Position numbers and translations under genes: made by a program. A model generated the notes under the pieces. It searched no databases and was not told where the DNA came from. It saw only the letters and a list, made by a program, of their open reading frames with translations. Shown piece after piece: positions 25,401 to 40,400 of a DNA stretch of 64,000 nt. The stretch comes from Eledone cirrhosa (taxonomy: Eukaryota): contig OZ024743.1 in the NCBI GenBank assembly GCA_964016885.1, positions 371,938,001 through 372,002,000 of the forward strand. The letters are read 5' to 3'. Each line of letters starts with the position of its first letter. Position 1 is the first letter of the stretch.

Positions 25401-28400
25401 GGGCCGACCTTACCGTCACGCAGTAAAACAGAGTACCCGACCTCCCATGGATACAAGCTGAAGCATATAGACAATATGCTCCCACACCCTCCCACTGTAA
25501 AGTGGACGTGTAGGCGCCACGAAAAAAAGCACCCAGCACTCACTGTAAATGAGGTTGGTGTTAGGAAGGGCATCCAGCTGTAGAAATCAAGCCAAAATCA
25601 TTTCCTGTATGAGCAAGGCATGGTCAGCCGACCAGACACTGCCCACAACAGGACAACCCGTCTAACCCATGCTAGCATGGAAGAACGGACGTAAAACGGT
25701 GATGATGATGATATATATATATATTTAAAATTTAAACAAGGTTCAATTAATACATCAAAGAATGAGTTTTACAATAGATTGGAAGCACTCAACGGTCAAA
25801 GGTTTCCTTTCTTTCCTCTTTCTTCAGTAGTTTAAAAAAAATTTTTTTAACTGTCATTTTGATGCCATGTATTTTTTAAGCTGTATTACATGCATCCTCT
25901 CTATTGTTTGTATTATATATTTTTCTTCTGTTGTCAATATTAGGGTATAAATATTGAGTTTTGTCATGCATTAATCACTACCATGACTGAATCTTAACCA
26001 TCTACTATGTCAGGGTATGTCATGCATCATCTCATTTTATCTGATGAGGACGTATTGTTGAACTTAACTCAGTACCTCTGAAATATGTATAATAAAATAT
26101 ACTTGATCACAAGAATATCTATTTTGTTCATATTTTGAATTAATATATATATATATATATATGTATGTGTATATATATATATAGAGGGCGCACCCGAACT
26201 ACACCGATATCCTGTAATTCAGCGCCGAAACATCGGTTCGGGATACATTTACAGCTGACGATGGAAACTCCTTTCTTCCTTTCTCCTCCTGTTCCGTCCT
26301 AACCACCATCCTAAACCTTGTTTTTAGTAACCACACAGCTCCTTTCGTTTCATAACTTTGTATATATATATATTACTACGGATATAACCTGTTTTTTTTT
26401 TTTACCCCTATATATATATTATTCAAAATATTCTCATAATCAAAATATATACTTTATTATATAATGTAAAATTGTATTAATTGAGTAATCAACGAACCAT
26501 ACTAATCTTTGGTTATATATATATATATATATAAGCAAAGGGATATTTAATTTGTTGGTAATTCAACAAATATATATATTTATAACAGATTCGAAGCACT
26601 CGACAGTTTTCTGGAGTATAATATCAATGATATTAATAAATGGAAACTTTATTTATTCTATTATATATATTTCAAATGTACCAAAGTTTTGGTACCCTTG
26701 AAATATATATAATAGAATAAATATGGTTTTATAAATATAGTTTCCATTTATTAATATCATTGATATATATATATATATGTTAGGTAATTCCGAAGGAAAA
26801 GAGCTATCTAATTATATATACTAGCAGAAAAAGTTTTCTGCTAGCATGTGTAGTGTATTGATATTATACGCAAGTATATATATATACATGTAGATATGAT
26901 ACGTCAAATAAAATAGTAATTGACAATATATAATACATAGAAATTGAACGAATACTGCATTACACTGTCTTATGTAATCAGTAACGTAATCCATGATACA
27001 TTAAAAAAGGCGATATTATATATAAACTACATTAGGAGAAAATTAGCGATGGCCAACCGGAAGTGTTGACATTTTAGAAATTTAAAGAAGTGAATCTTTA
27101 AATAAACAAAATATATTTAATGAACAGCCACGAAATTTAGTAGATAAATTATGTAATATTCATTCATTATTTATTCAAAGTAATCCAACTTATTTTACAA
27201 ACGGGATAAAAAAAACAAAACCGTATGCAATCCCGCAGACCTTCCTTTATTATAGTTTAGATATCTATGTGTGTGTATCTATATAATTGTTTCTACTTTT
27301 TGGCACAAGGCCAGCAAATAACTCAGTACATTACTGATACTTTATTTTATCGACCCCGTAAGGATGAAAGGCAAAGTTAACCTCGGCGGGATTTGAACTC
27401 AGATCATAAAGGGACATAACTATGCTAGAAACCATGGCGTCTGACCCTCTACCGATACTGCCAACATGTAAAGCAAATAAGATAAATAGAATTACCTTAA
27501 ATTACTTTTCAGTTCCGTCTGCAGTTTTTCCGTAAAGGCCAATTTAGATATTCTAATAATTTAGCATTCCATTCTGGGAGAAGTGCAGCTTTTAAGGGAA
27601 CCCACTCGTATGAAAAAAAATTCAAGTGGCTGCTACAAGTGATGTTTTCAAAAAGGAAAACCGTAACGTGATATGTCGTCCAACAGAAAGGGAGTAAGCG
27701 ATAGACAAATTGGGAAGTAATGGTATTGCTAGAAGCAGCAGTCTATTTTACCCTCGTTCATTCCACCATATAGGGAATATAGAACAAACAATAGGAAATA
27801 TTTATTTATACATACATATAAAGGTGTCCATCAAGAAACATTTTTGCTCAATGGAAGAATTAAATAATTAATTTGAGCATTATAAAATGAATAGTCTCTG
27901 GTCTCGAATACCCCCCCGCCACTACCACCACTCTTATTCCAACCCACCTGCTTATTAAATTTTGCGAATCTATCTCTGGCGAAATTTTATTTTAAGTTCT
28001 AACAATCCTACGACAATTAATTTTCTTTAGACATTAAAAAGCATTATATACGACAAAAAAAGAACATTACAAGAAATCTCATAAATAGGATATGTTGGGG
28101 TTTTAAAAAGTAAACTAAACGACGAATTCTGATTTTTAAATAAAATTCAAGGGAGACAACCTAGAAAAATGATCGATTTTCCAAACCCCACTTATTCCAC
28201 CTCCCCCTATTATTTGGGACCTGGGATCATTTCGGTTTAACTGCCAGCGGCAATTTCTGTTCGAATTATTTCATATTTACTGTAACGATACACATTTATA
28301 GGCTAATGAATGCCAGGAAAATCATTTTCGCTATAAATCAATAAATAAAAAGTTATTAGCAATTAAAATTTGAAAATTTTGGGTAATTTTAGCCAATCGT

Positions 28401-31400
28401 TAGGGTTAAGGTTAGAGTTAGTCTTAGGGTGTTGACAAATATATTGATGCCTGTTTTCATAGTAACACGCGGAACATGAGAACTTCTTTGTCTGCGAGAA
28501 AGCCACGCACAAACTGACAGCTTCCAAATCCTGTTTCCTGATTGGGTGAAAATGATGAAACTTTAAACCTCTATAACTTTTTTAAAACAACCAAAATTAA
28601 ATAGAAAACATGAGTGGAACAGCAACATCACAACTTACAATTAAGGACAAAATGCAAACACACACGCACATAGAACAAACAACCAACCAGTAACATGTAA
28701 ATAAACAAATAAATAAACGAATATAAACACACACAGACACCCGGATGTGGCGCATGCGCAGACTGAGCACACGACACACACACAGAAACAAGATGGCGTA
28801 GGACAGAACAAAGGAGAGGCACAAAAACAAAGAAAAGAATCCCAAGTCACTGAAGAGGTCACAGAATGTGTGACGAAAGAACTTTGACAATATATAAACA
28901 ACCATCTGGTTGTGGAATCAACCAACCAACCGGAAATTTATAATAAATTGAAGTGAAAGCAACTGGTGCGTGTGTTTCTTATTGGCAACATGACCCTCCC
29001 AAAGTATAACAATATCGTTTTCAACACACGTTTTCAGATAAAGAATCTTGCTAAACAAATTCAGAAACGAAATTTTTAAAAACATTTTTCTGGAAAAAAA
29101 TAAATAACTCCAGCAATGCAGCTTGAAAAACTACATTAAATTAAAAAATGTTCGATAAACTTTAATGCTGGTAGCCAAACCGAAAATATCCGGGCCCTGT
29201 GAGTATGTAAAGCAAATAAGATAAAAGAATCTAAACTATAATAAAGTAAGTAGCGCGGGACTGTGTACGGTTTATAATTTTTTTTAATCCCATTAGTAAA
29301 ATAAATTGGTTACTTTCAATAAATAATTGTTTCTACTTTAGGCACAAGGCCAGCAATTACCCAGTGCATTACTGGTACTTTATTTTATCGACCCCGTAAG
29401 GATGAAAGGCAAAGTTAACCTCGGCCGGATTTGAACTCAGATCGTAAAGGGACGTAACTCTATACGTCAAAGCATGGCGTCCGACCCTCTCCCAATACTG
29501 CCAATCCAGAATGAATATTACATAATTTATCTACTAAATTTCGTGACTGTTCATTAAATATATTTTATTATTTATTTAAAGATTCACTTCTTTAGAATTT
29601 TCAAATGTCAACACTTCCGGTGGCGATCGCTTAAACAAACATTAATTTTCTCCTAATGCAGTTTATATATAATATCGTCTTTTTTTAATGTATCATGGAT
29701 TACGTTACTGATTTCATAAGACAGTGTAACACAGTCTTCGTTCAATTTCTGTTTATATTGTCAATTACGATTTTATTTGATGTATCATATCTACATGTAT
29801 ATATACTTGCGTATAATATCAATATACACACTCCACATGCTAGCAGAAAACGATCCGGAGGGTGGTTTTTCTGCTAGTGACCTTAAATTACTTTCGTTTC
29901 TGACTGCAGTACCACAGTAAAAATCAGTTTAAATATTCTAATATTTTAGCATTTCTGTTCTATACTCCCTATACGGTCGAGTGAATAAGGCTAAAACGGA
30001 CTGCTGCTTCTAGCAGTTACTTGCTATATTCTTGACACGTGTGAAGAGGCAAAGGAAGGTTATTTTGCTTCCTACGATAAGCTAATTTCAGCACCATCCC
30101 CTGGTCATTATTTACTTTTTCCGACCTCGTAGACGATATCGCGACAAAAATAGGAATAGGTAAAGATGCAATCAAAGACTTCAGCGGGGAGGGGGATGCT
30201 ATCACCTTGATTAGAAAGATAAAATTGGTCGACACACTGCAAAGCATTGAAAATGTGGGTGGCGTCATGGCACTATATTGACGGCGACGTATTAGCATTA
30301 TACCTCAAAATGGACCAATTGAACGTGGAGAAGATAGAGCAACGCCTTAAGGAAGCATTCACAAAGGGACATTATGCTGCTTTCGCCAAGCTAGGCAAAG
30401 TGAAATGGACGGGAGAGGAGGTGGGTGTGTTCGCATCTGAAATCTGGAGCTTGGCTATATTAGCCAATTTCACAAAAAAGAATCTCAAAAGGGCTGTGTG
30501 GATGGCGTTCGAGAATGGTTCCCATGCAACAACAAAATAGCCATGTGCGAGCAAATCACACACGCGTTGAACGGAATGTTGCAGTGTTAGCAACGATGGA
30601 AGCCCATAGCAGTTGACGTTTGATGAATAACAAGGGGAGAGAGCCCCCATGAATGCTTGGCTGCAAGCATTGGGAGGCCAATGCTTCAGTTGTCACGTCA
30701 TGGCAAGGGACTGCAGGGATCTGTAGCCTGAAATAATTTGCTTACCAATGTAAACAGGTAGGCCATATTGGCAACACTTGTGACCAGAGAAATGGTCAAA
30801 GGGGAGTCACTGTGCAGGTAGCTATCCACGGAAACTTGTAGAAGCACTCTTGCAGTCGCTGCCCATAGTGGAGGTTCTGGCAGGGGGAAAGCTGTCACGA
30901 GCCATTGTGGACATGAGCTGTACAACAAAATTAGTGACCCTGGAGGTGTTTAAAAAGTGGAGCAGGACGAGTAGTGTAAGGGCAGTTTATGGCCGAGTGA
31001 TTAGTAGAAGTGAGGTGGAGATAGCAGTATGAGGAATAAAAATAAGGCTGTGGATGATCGTGATCGACCACGAGGTGGGTAGAATTGATGTAGTAATGGG
31101 GATGGGTGTGATTGGCTGCTTAGGAAGCGTTATAGTGAGTGAGAATGGGGGTAACGTTTGGTAGTGTGGGAACTCCATGTGCCATGAGTATGCAACAGGG
31201 CAACGGAGATCTGTGAAGAAAAATGTGCTGTTCATACCATACAAGACAAGGATTTCCGGGCTGTGTTTGATGGTCAGTGGTGGATAGTTGAGTGGTACTG
31301 GAAAGGAGAGCTCCTGATGCTGAAGAACAGAGTGAGCTGCTGTCAACATACCCTGAAAGGGGATGCTAGAAGTGAGTTTGAGGGAGAGGTGCAAAGGAGG

Positions 31401-34400
31401 AGATAAAGAGCAGAGTGTTGCTGTTAATGGCAGTAGTGCAACCAACAATAGACAAGGTCAAACCAGTGCTGGACTTTTATAAACTGAATGAACATATGTG
31501 ATGCCACACAGGCAGTGGTCACAGGTGTCTGCAGGGAAACATTGTGAGATTGGAGACAAATGACGGCGGCTTCCACGATTGACTTAAAGTCAGTATATCT
31601 GCATCTACATGTAACTGAGAAGCTGTGGCAGTATCAGTTGGTCAGGTGTAAGGGCTGAACATACTGCCTGGCCAGCCTGGGGTTTGGGTTGAATTCAGCA
31701 CCAAAGATCATGGCAACAGTCCTCAAGACTATTCTGGGAAAGGTCGACAAGGTGAAGAGGGCCATCAATTCCTATATTGACAATATCTTGGTAGACAAGG
31801 CTGTGGTCTCAGCAGCAGAGATCTCAAACCACCTAGGAAGGTTCAGGTTAACCATGAAACTGCCTGAGGAGATGGAAGGAGGAGCTGCACTGGGACTCAG
31901 GCTGTGAAGAGACAAGACAGGCATATTGGTATTTCAGAGGGGAAATGAAGTCCCAGAACTGGGCACTGGCATGGAGAGATGAGAACTTTTCTCAATGTGT
32001 GGGCCTCTATCCAATTGCAGGGTGGCTCTGAACAGCATGCAGCTATGTCAAGAGACGTGCAGACAGGGTGAGCTGGGGAGACAGAGTAGGAGAGAGGATG
32101 GTGGTCATAATGCAGGAGATCTTGGAGAGGGTAAAGGTGGAGGACCCAGTAAGAGGAAGCTGGTATGTACCCAAATCAGAGAACGGGACCATATGAGTAC
32201 AAATCAGTTGATTCAGCCCTTGATGAAAATCAAGCTGTCCACTACCCAACAGAGTTTCATCATTCTTGAGCCACCTGGAATCCCCCCACAGAAACTTTTC
32301 CTGAAGTTTGGAGTCCCAATAATGTTTCTAAGAAATTTAGATTATTATACAATGGGACAAGGTTGATTGTGAAGAGATTATCACCTAATGTGATTGAAGC
32401 TACCATTATCACTGGGTGTACCTCTGGGGAAGATATTTCCATTACAAGAATTCCAATCAAACCAACGGACATGCCATTTGAAATACAATTCCCAGTGCGA
32501 CTTTGCTTCGCAACATCTATCAATAAAGCTGGAGGTCAGACTTTGAAATCTACTGGCTTGCATTTAAATTAACCTTTCTTTCTCATGGTCAACTTTACGT
32601 TTGTTGTTCCAGGGTGGGTAGTTTACAAGACTTATTTGTCTATGGTCCAAACCAGAAACAAAGGATGTTGTTTACCCAGAAGCTCTTCAGTAATTTCCTT
32701 CAATAAATGTGTTAGAATTTATCTCCCCTCATAACAGATAAATTTTGTATTTTCAATTTTTATTAATTTCTGTATTATGAATTCAGAATTGATTTCATCA
32801 TGTACTTCAATTGAAGAATAAATGGAATTTAGAATAACAAATTTCTATACAAGATGTTTTGCTTTCTTCTTCTAATATATAACGAACACTTTCATTTCCC
32901 AAGCAACGCTGGGTGCATCTTTTAGAGGGCCTGCGCTTGGCCCTTTCTCAATTTGTCTGTGTGCCTGTCTGTTGTACATGGCGCAAAGAGCTATGTTGTG
33001 GTAACCTGTCTTGCTAGAAATGACAGCGAAATAAAACCTTAGCTTTTACCATGTGTGCGCAGACACACAGATTGAGTTGTATCTATTTATGTACTACTCT
33101 TTCTGTATCGATGTATTCCTATCTATCTATCAACATTGTGGTAACTGGTTTCGCTAGAAATATCTATGTATTACTCTTTTTGTCTCTATGTATTCCTATC
33201 TATCTATCTATTGCCAACTACAGAAAGCATTCTCCAAAGGAGAATGAACTGCATTTGTCTAGTTATATATAAATGTGTGTGTGTGTGTGTGTGTGCGTGT
33301 GTGTATAAACCAATGTTTGATTCCACGGAGAGATGGCCACTTGGGGTTGGCTAGCATACCTGGAATGTTTTTCTTCTTTTTTGATTTTATAAAATTAGTA
33401 TCAATAAACCTTCCTGGGTATACTTCTATTCCATTGCTGTACTTACCTCTGACAAAATAGCATTTCACAATTCTATTTAAATATTAATTATTAAATCTAT
33501 TTATATATTTATAACATGTGCCAATATAGTCACCCCAGCTTAACCACTCCTACTACATTCATTTCCTCATGCACATCACATTGTTTTTGCTTTACCCATG
33601 TTTCCTCTCCACCCCATTTCTATCTGTTGATCCAAGGCAATGTTTCTCAACCATTTTTGTGCCATACTCCATTTCAAAAAAGAAAACAAACAAAAAAAAA
33701 AAGGCCTGCACATTAGTATGAGTGAAAATATTCAGTGTTTAACATAGTATATACAAAACATTCTGAAGTACCATGCCCCACCAAAATATTGTTACGCCCT
33801 ACCTTGAGCAACATCTAAAGAAACCTAAAATGGTTTTGGAAAATGTTTTATGTTGGGCACAAAAAAAGTATATAGAAAGAAATAGAACTGTACTCACACA
33901 GCATAATTCTCCACAAGTCCCCATAACTTTTTATTTTCATTTGATAGAGTGCTCTCTAATTTCATTCTGTAAAAAATAAAATAAAATAAAATAAAAATAA
34001 TACAAGGAAATATTTACAAAAAATAAATTGGTTTCTGTCATTTCTACATAAGTAGTAGTGCCAGGTCCCTAAGCTTTCAGGTATTTTAGGCCCTCTTTGG
34101 CATTTCAATCTTTCACTCCACTCCAGCAAAATAAATTGATGGGCCCTAAGATTTTGTCTAGTCAACTTTATGAACAATACTATCCTGATAAGCAGGGATA
34201 TCCTTGGCACTCTGTCGGTTATAATGATGAATGTTCCAGTTGATGCAATCAACTGAACAGCCTGCTTATGAAATTAACATGCAAGTGGCTGAGCATTCCA
34301 CAGACACGTATACTCTTAACATAGTTCTCACTGAGATTCCGCATGTCACAATATAACAGGGCTAGCTTTTCGAATTACAGGTATACCTAATTTTTTCCAG

Positions 34401-37400
34401 CTGAGTGGACTGGAGCAACATGAAATAAAGTATCTTGCTCAAGGACACATGCTGCCAAGAATCAAACTCATGACCTTACAATTGTGTGTTGGACACCCTA
34501 AACACTAAACCACACACCTTCACTAAGCAGATATATCACATAGCAGTAGCTGATTAACCTTTTTTCAGTGAAACTTTGTACAAAGCGTGCATTGGTTCTT
34601 AGTTAAGGGAACAGTTATGTAATTAAAAATATGGATAACTGGTGATTTTTTATAAATCTCTCTCAAATCACAGCCAACTGTCTTAAATAAAGAAAAAGCA
34701 CATTGAATTAATGTAGTTCTACATTTTCCATAAAAAGGTCTGTTAGGATTGGTCTAGGGTTAAACAACAACAAATAAAACTGGATACTTTTACTCTACTT
34801 TAGTTAAATATGGTAGCCTGCTGACAATTTAACTGAAGTCACATAGGGTAGTGAAAGGGTTAAATACTTAGGAACAATATCTAGAGCCTATATATCAGAT
34901 ACATCTAGCTGTGTGCCTTATTTACTTAATATCCATGCTTTGACCAACTTCCTTTCTCTTTAGAATGCTGTGTAAGAATTTAAGGTGAACTAAGCTGTGA
35001 AGAGTTAGGTATACTGCACAGTGATAGAATATGAATCTTTAATTTTTTGTCTGGTGAGAATTTTTGGGACTTGAAATGTAATTTAGATGGAAATATAAAA
35101 AAAAAATAACAGTTCATATTTAAAGGTGAGATTAATAGTTGAATGAATTACAATTTAGGCATTTAATGTTATTTTTGATTCTTAACTAATAAAGCCATCA
35201 TCACCATTGTTTCCATACCTGCATGGATTATATGATTTTACTTTTTCAACATAGCACCACTCCCCTCATCGTGATCCTTTGTCATATCTTCTGTGAGATT
35301 CAGTGATTTCAGATCAAATCTTTCTTGGTCTTCCTCTGCTGCAGCTTTCTTCCACTGGAATTTCTTGACACTTCTTAACCAACGATCATCATTCATACAC
35401 ATAATATGTTCATACCAGATACATACTACATCTGATTTCTCTTGGCACATCCATCAAAGCATGCTTATTTTTGGATATATCATATTGTCACAAACTTACC
35501 TGTCACGCCAATCCTCAAATGGAATAGTTCTGACGCTGTACCCATGGCTAGTCATCCATTCAAACACCCAACTAAAATATCAGGAAAAGTTACAGAAAGT
35601 GAATTAGTATATAATTATGGAAACTATATCATATATGTATACAACCCTTTCCTTAGTCACCAGTATACTTGTCAAAAAATATATATTAAAAATGTATTAC
35701 AAATATACTTGTCTTATATGTCATTTAAATGTCTTGTTCAAGTACATAATTTTTTGCCTAGCCCAAGTGTTGAAACCATGACTTTATGATGATAAGCCCA
35801 ACACCTTAACCACCAGGCTGATATTTTAGAGATATCTACAGCTACATTCATTATTCAATATAGCCTTCTACTTCTATAAAAATAGTAGGGTATAATTTAA
35901 AAGGAATTTGGCTGCAATGCAGTTTGAGTGATCTTATAGAGGCTCCCTCATTTCTCTTTCTGTCTGTCTCAGGTATATGTGTGTGTCTATTATTTAACAT
36001 GTGAGACTCTGTGGACTACTAGACTACATAATTAGTTATTATTTAGACATTACTGGAGCCATTGTACTGTCTCTTATCTGCTTGCTTCAATTTCTCTGAC
36101 TGTTAGAATAGTTCTTGCTTTTATGCATGTATGAGAAGTTAGTAACAAGTTGTGAGATAATAATACCTACACCATGAGAAAGACCTCATTTCCACAAGTC
36201 AGTGAAAAAACTTCTACATAGTTGCTTAACTTGAAGTAGAAATAGCAGCTAATCTTCCCTCAAACCACACCCTATCATCATAAAAATATATAGGATGATC
36301 ATGGATGGACTGCTTTGAATCATGTCAAACCAGTCAGAATTAGTCAATTACCCATATTTGTTCTTGGTTGCAGCTTTCTTCTATTGCTAACACTATTAAG
36401 AAAAGCATGGACATTACATACTCAAGCTCATTTTCACTTTTCCTTCCATGAATCGAAGTTTTTATGATTATGTTAACCTCTCCATTACCGTATTTCTAAT
36501 AAAAGACACTGCCTATAATTTTGAAAATAATCAATTTGGAGAAATATAGTAATATAAGGTTCTCATTATTTACCTGGTATTTGAAACAGTGCCTATCAAA
36601 GGTTCTTACATAAAATTATAATGGAAGGTTTTTCGATAAATATAAACTCTTTAAACCAACAATTGTGAAGCAGTGACCTCCTTTTATCTATTTAATACCT
36701 AATATAATAATCTCTGCTTTACCTATATTTCCTCTGCATCTCACAACCTGTAACAGTTCAAAGTAAACTCTATTCATCTGACTCACATATCTCTACTTAT
36801 TGATCTAAGGCAGTGTATCTCAACCATTTTTACATAAAATTATGATGGTAGGTTTTTAGATAAATATAAACACTTTGAAATAAACAGTATCATAGAACCA
36901 GGGGTGGCTCTAGTTGGTTTGGTAAAAAAATAGTTTAAAAGAGAAAGATAAAAAATAAAGTTAATTTACCTGCTCTTTATTGGTTTTGTGTTGATAATGT
37001 GCAAAATTTTGCCAACTGCTAAAGATAAGTTCTGAGTTATACGAACAATGATGTTGGCTGTGAAATCTACTGGAGTCATTTCCATATTCCAGTCAATATC
37101 TGGAGCAATCTGGAATTTTGTAGCAGACTGGAGCATTAGCAGTGTAAAATCTTGTGGGTTCCAGCAGACATTATCTCTGTCTCCTGCTAAATTACCTAAG
37201 CGGTAAATGACAACAGGAAGTCCTCTTTTCTTAGCTTTCTGTACAAGTTGTTCAGCCACCCACTTTGACTGTGAATAACCTTCTGTAAGTTGGTCATGGT
37301 AAATGGTAATGTCACTGTCCTCTCGGCACTGCTTTAAACCATGGGGGAATACAGCATCAGTACTGGAGGAAGAAGAAAAGTAATAGACATCATTTTCACA

Positions 37401-40400
37401 TACTTTTTGAGAATTTATATACATATATATATATTTATTATTAGTACAGATTAAAAATTTAAGCAAATAATTTTTGCTTTCACCCTAAGCGAGAAACTTT
37501 TTCAGAAGATCACTCTTAGGGTGAAAGCAGTAATTTATTGCTTAAACTTTTAATCTGTACTAATGATACATATTTGCTCTATGGGTATATGTATACAATC
37601 CTTATCGAGTCCTGTTCGGGTTTTGGTTTTGTATTTATCTATACATATATATAAAACTGTAGTTGTCTGTGTGTGTGTCCTCATTTTGCAAAGTCTATAC
37701 AAATCTACATTTCTACTCCAATTGACTTCAAACTTGCATTTATATATTCCTTGCGGTCTAAAGATATTAACTGCAGCATTTATTTTTCAATTTTCTGTTG
37801 TTAAAGAGGTGTTAGGTGCCGGTTATCGATCTCTGTCGCACCCTTATAATATCTGTCTGTATGTCTGGCTGTCTGCATTACGACATTATGACAAAGATTG
37901 ATGACGTATTATGTTCGCTATTTTCCGTTCATTGCCAGGGAACATCTTCACGAACCAAAGTATCGTCTTCCTGTTTTCTTTCGGTTGCAACGTTTTTTGA
38001 AACATTTACTTCTGCGTTCACAGATTGATTTTTTTAGTTTCAGAAGATCCCGTTAAGGGTGAAAGCAGCGATTCTTTGCTTAAACTTTAATCTGTTATTT
38101 TAATATATAATATAAGTGAGGCAAGCCAGCCCAGTTGCCACTTCTTGCCAATAAACATTAACCCTTTGTGCGCCATTCATCTAACTGTAGACCAACAAAT
38201 ACCAACTAAACGGAGCGTTGACAAGAACGATGGCAAATGAATCTTCGAGGTAAGCAGTTTCCTCCCGAGCTGTTAGTTCACGCAGGATTCTCTGCTACAC
38301 CTTTTCGAAATAATACCGAACAACGTACTGCTGGTCACTCCTTCCTCCAAAAGCCGTACAAAGCGGACATGTGCATCGGGCAGATGGATCGGGTGCAAAT
38401 CTACACCAGGCCTACGTGAGAAATTCGCAAGGGACTGCACCGAGAGGGATAGAGAGAAAGAGTAACTTAGTGACAAGAGTGCGAATGAACTTTTGAAGTA
38501 AGTAGCCTGCGCCTTACTGCTATTGCACTGGAACCTTCTGCCAACTTAACCTGTGACTTTCTCTTTCACATTTACTCCAATAGGCCAAAACAGAGGAGTA
38601 TGAAAAGAAGGGGCTCAACAATATTTCTATGAACAATGCACATAGACAGCTAAACTGTACTTTCAACTTCTTAATTTTCTCCAAATGAAACAAGTTTCCC
38701 GTCGGTATATTTTCGTGAGTTTTTAACAGGCACTCACAAATAAACGTTTCTCATTGGAGGTGCTATTACCAATGTTCTTAGCCGTGCAACGCTGGGATAC
38801 ACTGCTAGTTATTACTATATATATATATACATGTGTATGTGTCATTTATTTAATAAGTGTAAGACTATGCAGGTATATACAATATAAGAAAAAGCAGAAA
38901 AAAAAGAGGGAATAAAAGGAAGAAAAAAGAGGGAGATGATAAAGAAGCAAAAACTATGGGAAGAGAAGACTTGCACACTCAATCACTTATGTCATTTTAC
39001 GTATATATACCCAAAGTATTGGATACATTATGTCAAGGCAATATTTACATCAGTAATTTGCCTTGACAAAATACTTTGCGTATATATACACTTTTTTTGT
39101 TTCTTTATCATCCCCTCTTTTTTTCTTCTAAAAGAAGAAAAAAAAGGACCTACCTAACATTGAGCTATTTCTAGCACACCTGTTGGCCAGTGTATTTGCC
39201 AGACAATATTATGATATTTTATGTATTGATCAAAAAATTAATATATACATATATATATTATATATTATATTACATTATATTATATATAATATATACGTAT
39301 AATGTAGGGATATATATATATTGTTGAACTTTGGGAGGGTCATGCTGCCAATAAAAACACATGCACCAGTTGAGTTTCACTTCAATTTATTATCATAAAT
39401 TTCCATCGGTTAGTTTAATAACCGGATGGTTATTTAATTATCAAAGCTCTTTCATCACACATTCTGTGACCTCTTCAGTTACTACTTTTGGTAATTTTTT
39501 TCCTTTTTGTTCTGTTTTACACCATCATGTCTTTATTAGCTGTGCACTTGGACTGTGTATACATTACATTCGGGTGTGTGCGTTTTTTCTCTTTTCTACT
39601 TGTCACTAGTTGTTATTCTGATTTTTCTATTCTATATTTGTGTGTGTGGCATCGTTGGGGGGTCTGTTCATGTATCTTATTAGTTTTATTCTTGTCTGTC
39701 TTTATATTGCCCTCAGTCACTATGTTGTGAGGTTGTTATTATTCCATTCATGCTTTCTATTTAATTTTGATTGAAATTTGTTGCTTCTATAATGTTGGAG
39801 CATTGTGTTTGTTCTGTGTGTAGATATGATTTTTATCTCAATGTTCTCTAGTGTTTTGTCTAGGTAATATTTACTGATATATTATTGTGTATATCTCTAT
39901 ATATATAAAACAGAGGATGTCTGTCTGACTGTGTAAATCCCTAAAACTTGAGAAGTACCTGACCGACTTTTTTCAAACTTTACACATGTGTTACTTATAT
40001 TTCTTGAAGTGCAATGGGTTAAAAAATGTTAAACTTTTTCTGCCCTATGGAAGTTCCTTTATTGTTTTGTATTTTTATATTTATCTCTTTTCTTATCCCT
40101 GTATTTTTGTACTTTTTTATTATTATTTTCTTATTGTTTCTGACCATGCTGAGTAATGCCCTCACTCATCCCTTGCTACCCTCTCCCAACCTCTTTATCA
40201 TCTATTGCACCATCTAAGTGATAAATTTTTGGTGTAATTTTTAATTTTTAAACTTTTAAGACATTTTATGACATTATGTGCATCATGTATTCTGTCTTTT
40301 TCCATATAGTGCTAGCCTCAGGACCCCCCGGCTGGTCATTTAACCTTGTTCTGGTGACGAAGCTCGATGGAGCATGCAACTACTGATATACTCATGTTTA

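Noticed and set aside
26185-26270. Hammerhead-like GAAAC and CTGACGA motifs
   Set aside because: Order and pairing do not give convincing stems I and II.
27287-27465. tRNA gene suggested by the B-box-like motif
   Set aside because: No full cloverleaf; part of a multi-copy SINE.
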